From the NCBI GenBank assembly GCA_964016885.1, contig OZ024741.1, positions 355,012,001 through 355,076,000 on the forward strand: a stretch of 64,000 bases of DNA. Reading direction: 5' to 3'. The position numbers and the translations under genes are program-made. Shown piece after piece: positions 26,401 through 44,746 of the stretch. The stretch comes from Eledone cirrhosa. Lineage: Eukaryota. Position 1 is the stretch's first letter, and each line of letters begins with the position of its first letter. Below the pieces are notes generated by a model. The model was not told where the DNA came from. It saw only the letters and a program-made list of their open reading frames with translations, and made no database searches.

Positions 26401-26959
26401 AACCCTGTCAGTTAGCTCTGCCAATGCAGACCCATATCACATTGGACATCTGATCAAATCCAGAACAATCAACATATCGATGTCTATATGAGATGTTAGT
26501 TGAACAACAGTATTTGAGCAGTAATTCCCAGCCAGGAATTAATAACTCTTATTGTGAGGGTGTTTTGAGCCCCTCCCATATTCCCTACATTTATAGAAGG
26601 AGAACATGTGGTCTTCATGTTAAACATGGTAAAATATCTGTTAAGATGTAGCTGCTATATCAAGTAACAACTAGTAGCTACATTGTTGTCAGCTCACTTG
26701 TGTAAGTACCTCAGTTCAAAGGTGGCAAGGTTAGTTAACTTGGTGGTCTTTATTGACCGACAGTGTGCTATTAAACTCTGCTTTTATAGATTGCTGTTTC
26801 TACTGCTATATCACCTCATGTGCTTACACCCACATGTTTATATGTATATATTAATATATGTATGTATATTTATGTATATATATCTGTGTATATATATATA
26901 TGTATGTATATGTATATATATGCTAGAGTGGAAGATGGACGCTAAATGATGATGATAAT

Positions 26960-31678
<4,719 letters not shown>

Positions 31679-31982
31679 TCATCATCCTCATCATCATCAC
31701 CGTTTTACGTCCGTTCTTCCACGCTAGCATGGGTTAGACGGGTTGTCCTGTTGTGGGCAGTGTCTGGTCGGCTGACCATGCCTTGCTCATACAGGAACTG
31801 ATCTGGCTTGATTTCTACAGCTGGATGCCCTTCCTAACACCAACCTCATTTACAGTGAGTGCTGGGTGCTTTTTCGTGGCGCCTACACGTCCACTTTACC
31901 AGTGTGGGCTGGGTGCTTTTTTGCCGTGGCACCTCCACGACCACCTTGCGGTGGGGGGGGGGGGGCATATTGTTTATATGCT

Positions 31983-32957
31983 TCAGCATGTACCCATGGG
32001 AGGTCGGGTACCCTGTATTACTGCGTGACGCCAGAAGTCACGGTCGTGTGTCATTGACTTTGAGAGGTGTAGTTGGGTAAGGTCGGCTTTTATCACCTCA
32101 TCCCAAGTCATCTTGGGTCTCCCCACTCCGCGGTTTCCATCAACTTCTAGTGCTCTGCACCTTTTTATGCAGCTGTCATCCTTCATACGCATCACATGTC
32201 CATACCAGCGTAACCGCCTCTCCTGCACGCAGCATTTGATTCCTCTTATGCTCAGTCTCTCTCTCAATTCATTTATGCTTTGTCGTTCACGTATATTACT
32301 GTTACACATCCATCGGAGCATGCAGGCTTCGTTTCTCTCTAATCTACGTAAGTCTTCCACCTTCAGCGCCCAGGTCTCACTACCATGCAACATCGCTGTT
32401 CGGATACACGCATCATACAGTCTGCCTTTCATTCTGAGGGAGAAGCCTTTTGCAGCTAGCAGTGGTAGTAGTTCCCTAAACTTCTTCCATCCCGTTCTTA
32501 CCCTAGTTATTGTACTTTCTGAGCACCCACCTCCGTTGCTAATTCGGTCACCTAGGTAGCAGAAGCTGTCTACTGTTTCTACAGGGCCCTCCCAGAGATT
32601 GGTGGTACTTGTTTCCTGTGGCTGTTTGCTTGCTGTTTCAGCACAGCTGCTGCATGTGAATCCTACATTCTTAATTAAGCTTCCTGAGATCCCGCTACAT
32701 CTCTTGTGTACCCATTGTTTGCATTTGGGGCAAAGAATGGAGTTCCTACCTACACCTTTCCTACATACTGAGCAAGGCCATTTCCCTGAGGGGATCTGGG
32801 TTCTGTTTTCTCGTCTACTTATAAGGACCTTAGTCTTTGTCATGTTGACTTTGAGGCCCTTTCTCTCTAGTCCCTGCTTCCAGGTTTGGAATTTATTCTC
32901 TAGTTCTACCATAGATTCAGCTATGAGTGCGAGGTCATCAGCATACAGGAGTTCCAT
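31983..32957 (-). CDS. RTE ORF, 3' part after a 1-nt frameshift: YADD catalytic motif, PHD-like finger, thumb/C-terminal domain
   Basis: ELLYADDL, GLKVNMTKTK, FCYLGD, LHGSETW, RRLRWYGHVMR, GRPKMTW. Restoring one G in CCATGG(G)AA joins it to the upstream frame as GCPWELLYADD. Confidence 0.92.
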   Translation of the reverse strand: MELLYADDLALIAESMVELENKFQTWKQGLERKGLKVNMTKTKVLISRRENRTQIPSGKWPCSVCRKGVGRNSILCPKCKQWVHKRCSGISGSLIKNVGFTCSSCAETASKQPQETSTTNLWEGPVETVDSFCYLGDRISNGGGCSESTITRVRTGWKKFRELLPLLAAKGFSLRMKGRLYDACIRTAMLHGSETWALKVEDLRRLERNEACMLRWMCNSNIRERQSINELRERLSIRGIKCCVQERRLRWYGHVMRMKDDSCIKRCRALEVDGNRGVGRPKMTWDEVIKADLTQLHLSKSMTHDRDFWRHAVIQGTRPPMGTC

Positions 32958-32959
32958 GG

Positions 32960-35101
32960 GCATCCGGTCTTAAACTCCTCCGTTATTGCCTGCAGGACTA
33001 TGATGAACAGGAGAGGGCTAAGAACAGAGCCCTGGTGGACCCCAACCTGTACGCTAAATTCCTCGCTATACTCATTGCCAATCCTAACTTTGCTGACTGC
33101 TCCCCTATACATGGCTTGTACCGCTTTCACAAGCCATTCATCTACTCCTAGTTTTCTAAGAGCCCACCAGATTACTGCACGTGGAACTCTGTCAAAGGCT
33201 TTCTCAAGGTCGACAAATGCCAAGTAGAGTGGCTTACTTTTAGCTAGGTACTTTTCCTGTAATTGCCTCACAAGGAAGAGCGCATCAGTGGTGCCTTTCC
33301 CTGGAACAAACCCAAATTGCATCTCGTCTATATTCACCCGGTCCCTAATCAGCTGTGCTATAACTCTTTCTGTTACTTTCATGACCTGGTCCATCAACTT
33401 TATACCTCTATAGTTTCCTCTATCTAGTGCATCGCCTTTACCTTTGTAGCAGTTGACAATGATGCTACTGCACCAATCTTTTGGTATGGCCCCCTCTAGT
33501 ATTACCTGGTTAACGATACGTGTGGTTATAGTGTGACCTACAGACCCAGATGCCTTCAGCATCTCGGCAGCTATACCCGATGGACCGGTTGCCTTCCCTA
33601 TCTTCATATCTCTGATTGCCTTACTTACTACGCTGCCGCTGACTTGTACTGCTGGTCCCTCTATAGGGTCTACGTGGGGTAGGGTCTCTTCTTCCCATGC
33701 ATTCTCCTCATTTAGTAATCTATCATAATGACTCTTCCATGCATCTTTCTTCTCAGCACTTGTGAGGGCAAGCTCACCTTTATCATTCCGGATACACTTC
33801 TCTCCAATGACATCACAACTATCTCTGACACACTGCCTCGCAATCTTGAATACCTCCTGTTTCTGGTCCTCACGTTGTAAAACATGCTTGAATTTTCTAT
33901 CCTCTGCTTCCCTCCTAGCTAAGTATACTTGTCGCCTAGCTTCCCTCTTGGTCTCTATGTAATGTACCCTGCTCCCCCCGTTCTTCCATTCTTTCCATGC
34001 CTGTCTCTTGGCCTTGACTGCTTCATCTACCTTATTGTTCCACCACCAAGTCACTCTCCTCCTGCTTGAGGTCTTACTCCAGCCACAAACCTCATCCGTC
34101 GCCTCTAGTAAGTTATTTTTTAGGAACTCCCAGTTCTCTTCTACGTTAAATGTCTCTATCTGTTCTTCTTTACTGTCGTAGGCGTTGAGTAAAATATCTT
34201 TAAATCTGTTACTGGTTGAGGGGACTTTCAGCTTCCAGATCTTTCTTCTCCAGGTTGGCCTCTGTTTCAGGGCTCGTCTAGTTCTGACCGTGAGGTCGCT
34301 GACAACTAAGCTATGTTGGGATGTACATTCCTCACTAGGGAAGGCTTTTGTGTTTACGACCGTCCATCTGTCACGTCCTCTGATGAGGATAAAATCTAAC
34401 TGACTAGAGTGCTCCCCTGATCTATAGGTGATCAGGTGGTTGTCGGGTTTTTTAAAGTTTGTGTTACATATCGACATGTCATTGGCGTCGCAGAATTCTA
34501 GAAGTCTGAATCCTTCCTCATTCCTTGTGCCAACTCCATGGCCTCCATGTACTCTATTGAAGCCGTCGCAGTGTTTACCTACGTGTCCGTTAAAATCTCC
34601 TGCAATGATTAGGAAGTCCTTGTCGTCTGTTAGAGCAGTAGTGTGTATTAGGGACTCGTAAAACCTATCCTTAAGTTCGTCTGGCAGCCCCGATTGGGGT
34701 GCGTAAGCTGATATTATTGTGGTAATTGTCTTATTCAGGACTAGTCTGAGTTTAATGATTCTTGCATTTACCCTGTACACTGAGATTACTTTATCTACCC
34801 ACTTGTCAGCTAATAGTATACCTACACCACCCATCCCATCGTCATTTCCCACCCAGAAAAATTTGTAGCACTGGCTTTTTCCTACAAGGACTCTAGCAGA
34901 CCCTCCTCTCCATCTAGTCTCTTGCACACAACATACATCAACTTCCTTTCGCTCTAGCATTTCTACGATTTCTCCTGCTCTTCCTTTCATTGAGCCTACA
35001 TTGATGGTACCAACTCGGAGTTTTGGGCATTTGTCGACACTCGTAGGGGAGGGTCTCTGGGTTGGCGCTTCACGTGGGTGCTTGGTAGCTCGCAGATTCA
35101 T
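32960..35101 (-). CDS. RTE ORF, 5' part: APE endonuclease and RT N-terminal region
   Basis: Motifs GTINVGSM, CVQETRW, SAYAPQ, AGDFNGHVG, LDFIL, SQHSLV, NYRGIKL, QFGF, FVDLEKAFD, GVHQGSVLSPLLF. Confidence 0.93.
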
Positions 35102-35345
35102 ATTTCATCTATTGATTCAGAGTTGCTCGTGTATTCCCAGCTCATCCATCCCTAACGGTGAAAATTGAGGGCTAGAAGGACAGTGGTGGTGGGGTAATGG
35201 CAGGGTGTGTTGGGATGCGCCAGAGGAGGAGAGAGTTAGTTAGGCAGGTAGTAGCAGCAGCAGCAGCAGTGGAAATGGCATGCTAGGTTTGATTGGTCGA
35301 ATAGACTATGGTGGTGTGTGGGGGTGGGGGGAGGGAAATTGTGAG

Positions 35346-38300
35346 GTAGGAACTGAGGGTCGCATGGTAAATATCCAAGTTAATACTACATCAGTAAAAT
35401 TAACAATAATAACGTCATGAAAAAAGCTACTAAGAGAAACCCTCGAAAATTTATCGCTAATACAGCAGGGAAAATTTAACGCTAATACAGCAGGGAACAT
35501 CATATTAACGACATGAAAAAGCTACTAAGAGAAACCCTCGAAAATTTATCGCTAATACAGCAGGGAAAATTTAACGCTAATACAGCAGGGAAAATTTAAC
35601 GCTAATACAGCAGGGAACATCATAATATTAACGACAATATGTAGGCTAAAATACCTTCGTAGATTAGGTGGATGGCTGGCTGGGAAAATTGAATCATCTC
35701 TAGTGGTACATTTTAGCAGAGAAGAATGGCAAAGTGTCTTATCTCTTCAATATTTTCAGATTGAATGAATTAGGTTAAAGACAGGGTAGTAAGCCTTAAA
35801 GAAGTGCATAGAGGGGGGGGGGGGGGGGTAGGAACTGAGGGTCACATGGTAAATAACTGAGAGAGATACAATAGGATTAGAATACCGCATGGTAAATATC
35901 CAAGTTAATAAGTTAATACTACATCAGTAAAATTAACAATAATAACGTCATGAAAAAAGCTACTAAGAGAAACCCTCGAAAATTTATCGCTAATACAGCA
36001 GGGAAAATTTAACGCTAATACAGCAGGGAACATCATATTAACGACATGAAAAAGCTACTAAGAGAAACCCTCGAAAATTTATCGCTAATACAGCAGGGAA
36101 AATTTAACGCTAATACAGCAGGGAACATCATATTAACGACATGAAAAAGCTACTAAGAGAAACCCTCGAAAATTTATCGCTAATACAGCAGGGAAAATTT
36201 AACGCTAATACAGCAGGGAACATCATATTAACGACATGAAAAAGCTACTAAGAGAAACCCTCGAAAATTTATCGCTAATACAGCAGGGAAAATTTAACGC
36301 TAATACAGCAGGGAACATCATAATATTAACGACAATATGTAGGCTAAAATACCTTCGTAGATTAGGTGGATGGCTGGCTGGGAAAATTGAATCATCTCTA
36401 GTGGTACATTTTAGCAGAGAAGAATGGCAAAGTGTCTTATCTCTTCAATATTTTCAGATTGAATGAATTAGGTTAAAGACAGGGTAGTAAGCCTTAAAGA
36501 AGTGCATAGAGGGGGGGGGGTAGGAACTGAGGGTCACATGGTAAATAACTGAGAGAGATACAATAGGATTAGAATACCGCATGGTAAATATCCAAGTTAA
36601 TAAGTTAATACTACATCAGTAAAATTAACAATAATAACGTCATGAAAAAAGCTACTAAGAGAAACCCTCGAAAATTTATCGCTAATACAGCAGGGAAAAT
36701 TTAACGCTAATACAGCAGGGAACATCATATTAACGACATGAAAAAGCTACTAAGAGAAACCCTCGAAAATTTATCGCTAATACAGCAGGGAAAATTTAAC
36801 GCTAATACAGCAGGGAACATCATATTAACGACATGAAAAAGCTACTAAGAGAAACCCTCGAAAATTTATCGCTAATACAGCAGGGAAAATTTAACGCTAA
36901 TACAGCAGGGAACATCATATTAACGACATGAAAAAGCTACTAAGAGAAACCCTCGAAAATTTATCGCTAATACAGCAGGGAAAATTTAACGCTAATACAG
37001 CAGGGAACATCATAATATTAACGACAATATGTAGGCTAAAATACCTTTCGTAGATTAGGTGGATGGCTGGCTGGGAAAATTGAATCATCTCTAGTGGTAC
37101 ATTTTAGCAGAGAAGAATGGCAAAGTGTCTTATCTCTTCAATATTTTCAGATTGAATGAATTAGGTTAAAGACAGGGTAGTAAGCCTTAAAGAAGTGCAT
37201 AGAGGGGGGGGGGGGGGTAGGAACTGAGGGTCACATGGTAAATAACTGAGAGAGATACAATAGGATTAGAATACCGCATGGTAAATATCCAAGTTAATAA
37301 GTTAATACTACATCAGTAAAATTAACAATAATAACGTCATGAAAAAAGCTACTAAGAGAAACCCTCGAAAATTTATCGCTAATACAGCAGGGAAAATTTA
37401 ACGCTAATACAGCAGGGAACATCATATTAACGACATGAAAAAGCTACTAAGAGAAACCCTCGAAAATTTATCGCTAATACAGCAGGGAAAATTTAACGCT
37501 AATACAGCAGGGAACATCATATTAACGACATGAAAAAGCTACTAAGAGAAACCCTCGAAAATTTATCGCTAATACAGCAGGGAAAATTTAACGCTAATAC
37601 AGCAGGGAACATCATATTAACGACATGAAAAAGCTACTAAGAGAAACCCTCGAAAATTTATCGCTAATACAGCAGGGAAAATTTAACGCTAATACAGCAG
37701 GGAACATCATAATATTAACGACAATATGTAGGCTAAAATACCTTCGTAGATTAGGTGGATGGCTGGCTGGGAAAATTGAATCATCTCTAGTGGTACATTT
37801 TAGCAGAGAAGAATGGCAAAGTGTCTTATCTCTTCAATATTTTCAGATTGAATGAATTAGGTTAAAGACAGGGTAGTAAGCCTTAAAGAAGTGCATAGAG
37901 GGGGGGGGGGTAGGAACTGAGGGTCACATGGTAAATAACTGAGAGAGATACAATAGGATTAGAATACCGCATGGTAAATATCCAAGTTAATAAGTTAATA
38001 CTACATCAGTAAAATTAACAATAATAACGTCATGAAAAAAGCTACTAAGAGAAACCCTCGAAAATTTATCGCTAATACAGCAGGGAAAATTTAACGCTAA
38101 TACAGCAGGGAACATCATATTAACGACATGAAAAAGCTACTAAGAGAAACCCTCGAAAATTTATCGCTAATACAGCAGGGAAAATTTAACGCTAATACAG
38201 CAGGGAAAATTTAACGCTAATACAGCAGGGAACATCATAATATTAACGACAATATGTAGGCTAAAATACCTTCGTAGATTAGGTGGATGGCTGGCTGGGA

Positions 38301-39410
38301 AAATTGAATCATCTCTAGTGGTACATTTTAGCAGAGAAGAATGGCAAAGTGTCTTATCTCTTCAATATTTTCAGATTGAATGAATTAGGTTAAAGACAGG
38401 GTAGTAAGCCTTAAAGAAGTGCATAGAGGGGGGGGGGGGGTAGGAACTGAGGGTCACATGGTAAATAACTGAGAGAGATACAATAGGATTAGAATACCGC
38501 ATGGTAAATATCCAAGTTAATAAGTTAATACTACATCAGTAAAATTAACAATAATAACGTCATGAAAAAAGCTACTAAGAGAAACCCTCGAAAATTTATC
38601 GCTAATACAGCAGGGAAAATTTAACGCTAATACAGCAGGGAACATCATATTAACGACATGAAAAAGCTACTAAGAGAAACCCTCGAAAATTTATCGCTAA
38701 TACAGCAGGGAAAATTTAACGCTAATACAGCAGGGAAAATTTAACGCTAATACAGCAGGGAACATCATAATATTAACGACAATATGTAGGCTAAAATACC
38801 TTCGTAGATTAGGTGGATGGCTGGCTGGGAAAATTGAATCATCTCTAGTGGTACATTTTAGCAGAGAAGAATGGCAAAGTGTCTTATCTCTTCAATATTT
38901 TCAGATTGAATGAATTAGGTTAAAGACAGGGTAGTAAGCCTTAAAGAAGTGCATAGAGGGGGGGGGGGGGTAGGAACTGAGGGTCACATGGTAAATAACT
39001 GAGAGAGATACAATAGGATTAGAATACCGCATGGTAAATATCCAAGTTAATAAGTTAATACTACATCAGTAAAATTAACAATAATAACGTCATGAAAAAA
39101 GCTACTAAGAGAAACCCTCGAAAATTTATCGCTAATACAGCAGGGAAAATTTAACGCTAATACAGCAGGGAACATCATATTAACGACATGAAAAAGCTAC
39201 TAAGAGAAACCCTCGAAAATTTATCGCTAATACAGCAGGGAAAATTTAACGCTAATACAGCAGGGAACATCATATTAACGACATGAAAAAGCTACTAAGA
39301 GAAACCCTCGAAAATTTATCGCTAATACAGCAGGGAAAATTTAACGCTAATACAGCAGGGAACATCATATTAACGACATGAAAAAGCTACTAAGAGAAAC
39401 CCTCGAAAAT
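35346..39410. repeat. Nested tandem array (7 units, ~440-697 bp, with internal 95-bp and 25-bp subrepeats and poly-G spacers)
   Basis: GTAGGAACTGAGGGTC at 35346, 35828, 36520, 37217, 37910, 38440, 38970. ATGAAAAAGCTACTAAGAG recurs every 95 bp. Confidence 0.97.
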
Positions 39411-39984
39411 GTATATGTATGTATATATATATGTATGTATATGTATGTATATATATATGTATGTGTATATGTATGTATATATATATGTATGTGTATATGT
39501 ATGTATATATATATGTATGTGTATATGTATGTATATATATATGTATGTGTATATGTATGTATATATATATGTATGTGTATATGTATGTATATATATATGT
39601 ATGTGTATATGTATGTATATATATATGTATGTGTATATGTATGTATATATATATGTATGTGTATATGTATGTATATATATATGTATGTGTATATGTATGT
39701 ATATATATATGTATGTATATATATATGTATGTATATATATATGTATGTATATATATATGTATGTATATATATATGTATGTATATATGTATGTATATGTAT
39801 GTATATGTATGTATATATGTATGTATATATATATATATGTATGTATATATGTATGTATATATATATATATGTATGTATATATGTATGTATATATATATAT
39901 ATGTATGTATATATGTATGTATATATATATATATGTATGTATATATGTATGTATATATATATGTATGTATATATATATATGTAT

Positions 39985-40024
<40 letters not shown>

Positions 40025-40118
40025 GTATATATATATATATGTATGTATATATATGTATATATATATATATGTATGTATATATATGTATATATATATATAT
40101 GTATGTATATATATGTAT

Positions 40119-40159
<41 letters not shown>

Positions 40160-40305
40160 TGTATATATATATATATGTATGTATATATATATGTATATAT
40201 ATATGTATATATATATATGTATATATGTATATATATATATGTATATATATATGTATGTATATATATATGTATGTATATATATATGTATGTATATATATAT
40301 GTATG

Positions 40306-40352
<47 letters not shown>

Positions 40353-40681
40353 GTATATGTATGTATGTATATGTATGTATGTATATGTATGTATATATAT
40401 ATGTATGTACATATATATGTATGTACATATATATGTATGTATATATATATGTATGTATATATATATGTATGTACATATATATGTATGTATATATATATGT
40501 ATGTACATATATATGTATGTATATATATATGTATGTACATATATATGTATGTACATATATATGTATGTACATATATATGTATGTATATATATGTATGTAT
40601 GTGTATATATATATATATATATATGTATGTATATTTATGTATGTATGTATATATATATGTATGTATATATATATATGTATG

Positions 40682-40721
<40 letters not shown>

Positions 40722-40723
40722 TG

Positions 40724-40755
<32 letters not shown>

Positions 40756-41068
40756 TGTATGTATATAAGGATTAGAATACTGGAACGTGTTAAAGGATTC
40801 TTTGTTTTACTCTCTTAATGTATGTATATATATATGTATGTATATATATATATATATATATGTATGTATATATATATATGTATATATATGTATATATATA
40901 TATGTATGTATATACATATATATGTATATATATGTATATATATGTATGTATATACATATATATGTATATATATATATATATATGTATGTATATACATATA
41001 TATGTATATACATATATATGTATATATATGTATATATATATATGTATGTATGTATATACATATATATG

Positions 41069-41099
<31 letters not shown>

Positions 41100-41134
41100 G
41101 TATGTGTATGTATGAATGTATGTATGTATGTAAA

Positions 41135-41176
<42 letters not shown>

Positions 41177-41239
41177 CATGTATATATACACAGTATGTAT
41201 GTATATGTATACATATATATTTATATATATGATTTTTCA

Positions 41240-41296
<57 letters not shown>

Positions 41297-41421
41297 ATAT
41301 ACACAGTATGTATGTATATGTATATATATATATTTATATATATGATTTTTCATATATGTATGTATATATACACAGTATGTATGTATATGTATATATATAT
41401 ATTTATATATATGATTTTTCA

Positions 41422-41480
<59 letters not shown>

Positions 41481-41759
41481 GTATATATACACTGTATATA
41501 TGTATGTATGTATATATACACTGTATATATGTATGTATGTATATATACACTGTATATATGTATGTATGTATATATACACTGTATATAAGTATGTATGTAT
41601 ATATACACAGTATATATGTATGTATGTATATATACACAGTATATATGTATGTATGTATATATACACAGTATATATGTATGTATGTATATATACACAGTAT
41701 ATATGTATGTATGTATATATACACAGTATATATATATGTATGTATATATACACAGTATG

Positions 41760-41794
<35 letters not shown>

Positions 41795-41819
41795 ATATGA
41801 TTTTTCATATATGTATATA

Positions 41820-41855
<36 letters not shown>

Positions 41856-41919
41856 TGTATGTATGTATATATATGATTTTGCATATGAATGTATGTATAT
41901 ATATGATTTTGCATATATG

Positions 41920-41954
<35 letters not shown>

Positions 41955-42081
41955 GATTTTGCATATATGTATATATATATATGTATATATATATATATGA
42001 TTTTGCATATATGTATATATGTATATATATATATATGATTTTGCATATATGTATATATGTATGTATATATATGATTTTGAA

Positions 42082-42120
<39 letters not shown>

Positions 42121-42594
42121 ATACTTTGGGAGGGTCATGTTGCCAAATTCAGAAACGATATATATATATGATTTTGCATATATGTATATATATGTATATA
42201 TATATATATATATGTGTATATATATGTATATATATATATATATGTGTATATATATGTATATATATATATGTGTATATGTATATATATATATATATGTGTA
42301 TATGTATATATATATATGTGTATATGTATATATATATATGTGTATATGTATATATATATATGTGTATATGTATATATATATATGTGTATATGTATATATA
42401 TATATGTGTATATGTATATATATATATGTGTATATATATATATATATATGTGTATATGTATATATATATATGTGTATATGTATATATATATACGTGTATA
42501 TGTATATATATATATACGTGTATATGTATATATATATATATGCGTCTATGTATATATATGTATATATATATATGTGTCTATGTATATATGTGTC

Positions 42595-42627
<33 letters not shown>

Positions 42628-42917
42628 GTGTCTATATGTATATATATATATGTATGTATATATATGTGTCTATATGTATATATATATATGTATGTATATA
42701 TATGTGTCTATATGTATATATATATATGTGTGTATATATATGTGACTATATGTATATATTGTATATATATATATATGTCTATATGTATATATATATATGT
42801 ATATATGTGTCTATATGTATGTCTATATGTATATATATATGTGTGTCTACAAGTATATCTATATATATGTATATGTGTGTCTATATTTATATATGTGTGT
42901 TTATATGTATATATATG

Positions 42918-42960
<43 letters not shown>
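39411..42960. repeat. (TATG)n/(TA)n microsatellite with derived minisatellites (TACACAGTATG, ATGATTTTGCAT, TGTCTA variants)
   Basis: Directly visible. Confidence 0.96.
40766..40819. mobile_element. 54-bp inverted micro-insertion of the element at 1021
   Basis: 40766-40791 matches 1021-1046 (1 mismatch). 40790-40819 is the reverse complement of 1123-1152 (1 mismatch). Confidence 0.88.
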
Positions 42961-42961
<1 letters not shown>

Positions 42962-43579
42962 GCCATATCAGAGTATTTACTGCCAATACTTCACCCATGT
43001 TAATGCTTCTCTTACCATAGAACATATTAATTGATCTGTCAAGCGTTTACAGATATTTCCACAGTAAACTAAGGTCTCTCTGCTCTTTTGTTGAGGCTAT
43101 GTTCCATCTTAGCTGAAACAACATTCCTAGTTCAGGACTGATTTGCAATTTGTGTTTGAAACTGCGTGAAGCCATACAGAATGTGTTGTTTTGTGTTGTC
43201 ATGTGATATGTATTCTGTTGTGGTGTTGCATAAGTTGTGATGTTCTAGTGTGTGTGTTTCTGTATGATGTTATGTATGTGTGTGTGAGTAGTGGTGGTGT
43301 ATAGGAATATTGTGTGTTGTGAATTGATGTTGTGCTGGTTAGAGTGTGTGTGTGTGTGTGTGTGTGTAATGATGTAAGTGTTATAGTGTGTATGTCCTAA
43401 TGTTATGCCTGAGTTGTTATATCTTGTGTGTGACGATGTTGTGGTGTGTGTGAAGATGGTGTGAAGTTTCAATATATGTAGTAATGTTATGCATGCCTGT
43501 GTAACAAAACTGTGGGAAGTTATATAGGTTTGTTTTTATATGTACATCTAAAATGTTCTGTTCGTGTACATGTTTGAGT

Positions 43580-43940
43580 GTGTAGGCATTACAGTTGTGT
43601 ATGTGCATGTAGGCATTACAGTTTTGTTTATGCATGTGAAGTCATTACAGTTGTATGTGTGTGTGTTTGCATGTAAACATTACAGTTGTGTGTGTGTGTG
43701 TGCATGTAGATATTACAGCTATGTGTCTATCTGTATGTAAAGATTACAGTTGTGAATGTGTGTGTGCATGTAGGCATTACAGCTGTGTGCCTATGTGTAT
43801 GTAAGCATCACAGTAGTGTGTGTGCATATAAGCATTAAAGTTGTGTGGGGGTGTGAATATATTAAAGTGTGTGTGTGTGAATGGAAGTATTAAAGTTGTG
43901 CATATGTGTGTGTGTGGAGGGATTAAAATTGTGTGTGTAT
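43580..43940. repeat. Degenerate TG-rich minisatellite (CATGTAGGCATTACAGTTGTGTG-like units)
   Basis: Recurrent CATTACAGTTG core every ~25-35 bp. Confidence 0.75.
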
Positions 43941-44560
43941 TTGTTTAGTTGTGCCGATGTGAATGTGATTATGGATTGTTTTTAATGTCTCCTATGATAA
44001 TCAATATTGGGACAAACTAAGTGAAAGGAGTAAGAAAAAACTTCAATAGAATATCGATCTGTATTCTTTACAGATGTCACTTTAGACACTAGTGCATATT
44101 TACATACACACATATATACATACATATTTTTTCTCTTATATGATACACCACTTATCTCTCTCTTCTGCCTTTTTACACACACACACACACTCTCTCTCAA
44201 TTCCTGACTCTCTCTTCCTTTTTCATTCATAATGTCTCACATACAACCTGATACAGGCAAAAACTAAACCTAGAGCCTCGGACGAAGGCGCTCACATGTT
44301 GTAAGGGAGATAATTTCACTACTTTTTGTATAATGTCACTACTTAATTCACTTCAGAGTTATTATTCTTCAATAAGCACTACACTATTAATTTTATTTGG
44401 TTAAAACTTACACTATAATGGATTATCATTTCAACTGGTCCTGAAAGACTTTAACATATAACAACCGCTATTGAAAAATAATTAATTCTAATTTAGGCCC
44501 AAAGTCAACAGGTTTGGCGTGAGGGAAAAAATTGATTAAATAATTTGTAAAACTTGATAG

Positions 44561-44746
44561 AATAATTGTTTCTACTTTTGGCACACAGCCAGCTATTTCC
44601 CCAGTATATTACTGGTACTTTATTTTATCAACCCCATAAGGATGAAAGGCAAAGTTAACCTCGGCGGGTTTTAACTTAGAATGGCAGGAGCCGTAACTCA
44701 ATGCATCAAAGCATTGCTTCCGACCCTCTACCGATACTGCCAATCC
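44561..44746 (-). mobile_element. tRNA-derived SINE
   Basis: Reverse complement of the 22874 family (GGATGAAAGGCAAAGTTAACCTCGGCGG...TACCGATACTGCCAAT). Confidence 0.78.

Larger units (their letters stand above)
31679..35345 (-). mobile_element. Near full-length RTE-clade LINE
   Basis: Single APE-endonuclease + RT ORF, GC-rich 5' leader, 3' UTR of ~300 nt ending in a (GAT)n tail at 31679-31700. The same 3' UTR recurs at 47765 and 62470. Confidence 0.93.

Noticed and set aside
32113-34661. Plus-strand ORFs over the RTE
   Set aside because: Antisense shadows of the RTE ORF.
36236-37855. Repeated 76-aa [15 protein letters not shown]...
   Set aside because: It arises from the tandem unit, is disrupted in other units and has no recognisable domain.
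35346-39410. Ribozyme in the LINE-associated array (minus-strand CUGAUGU)
   Set aside because: The core is not CUGAUGA and no stem II-GAAA follows. No HDV fold was found by eye.
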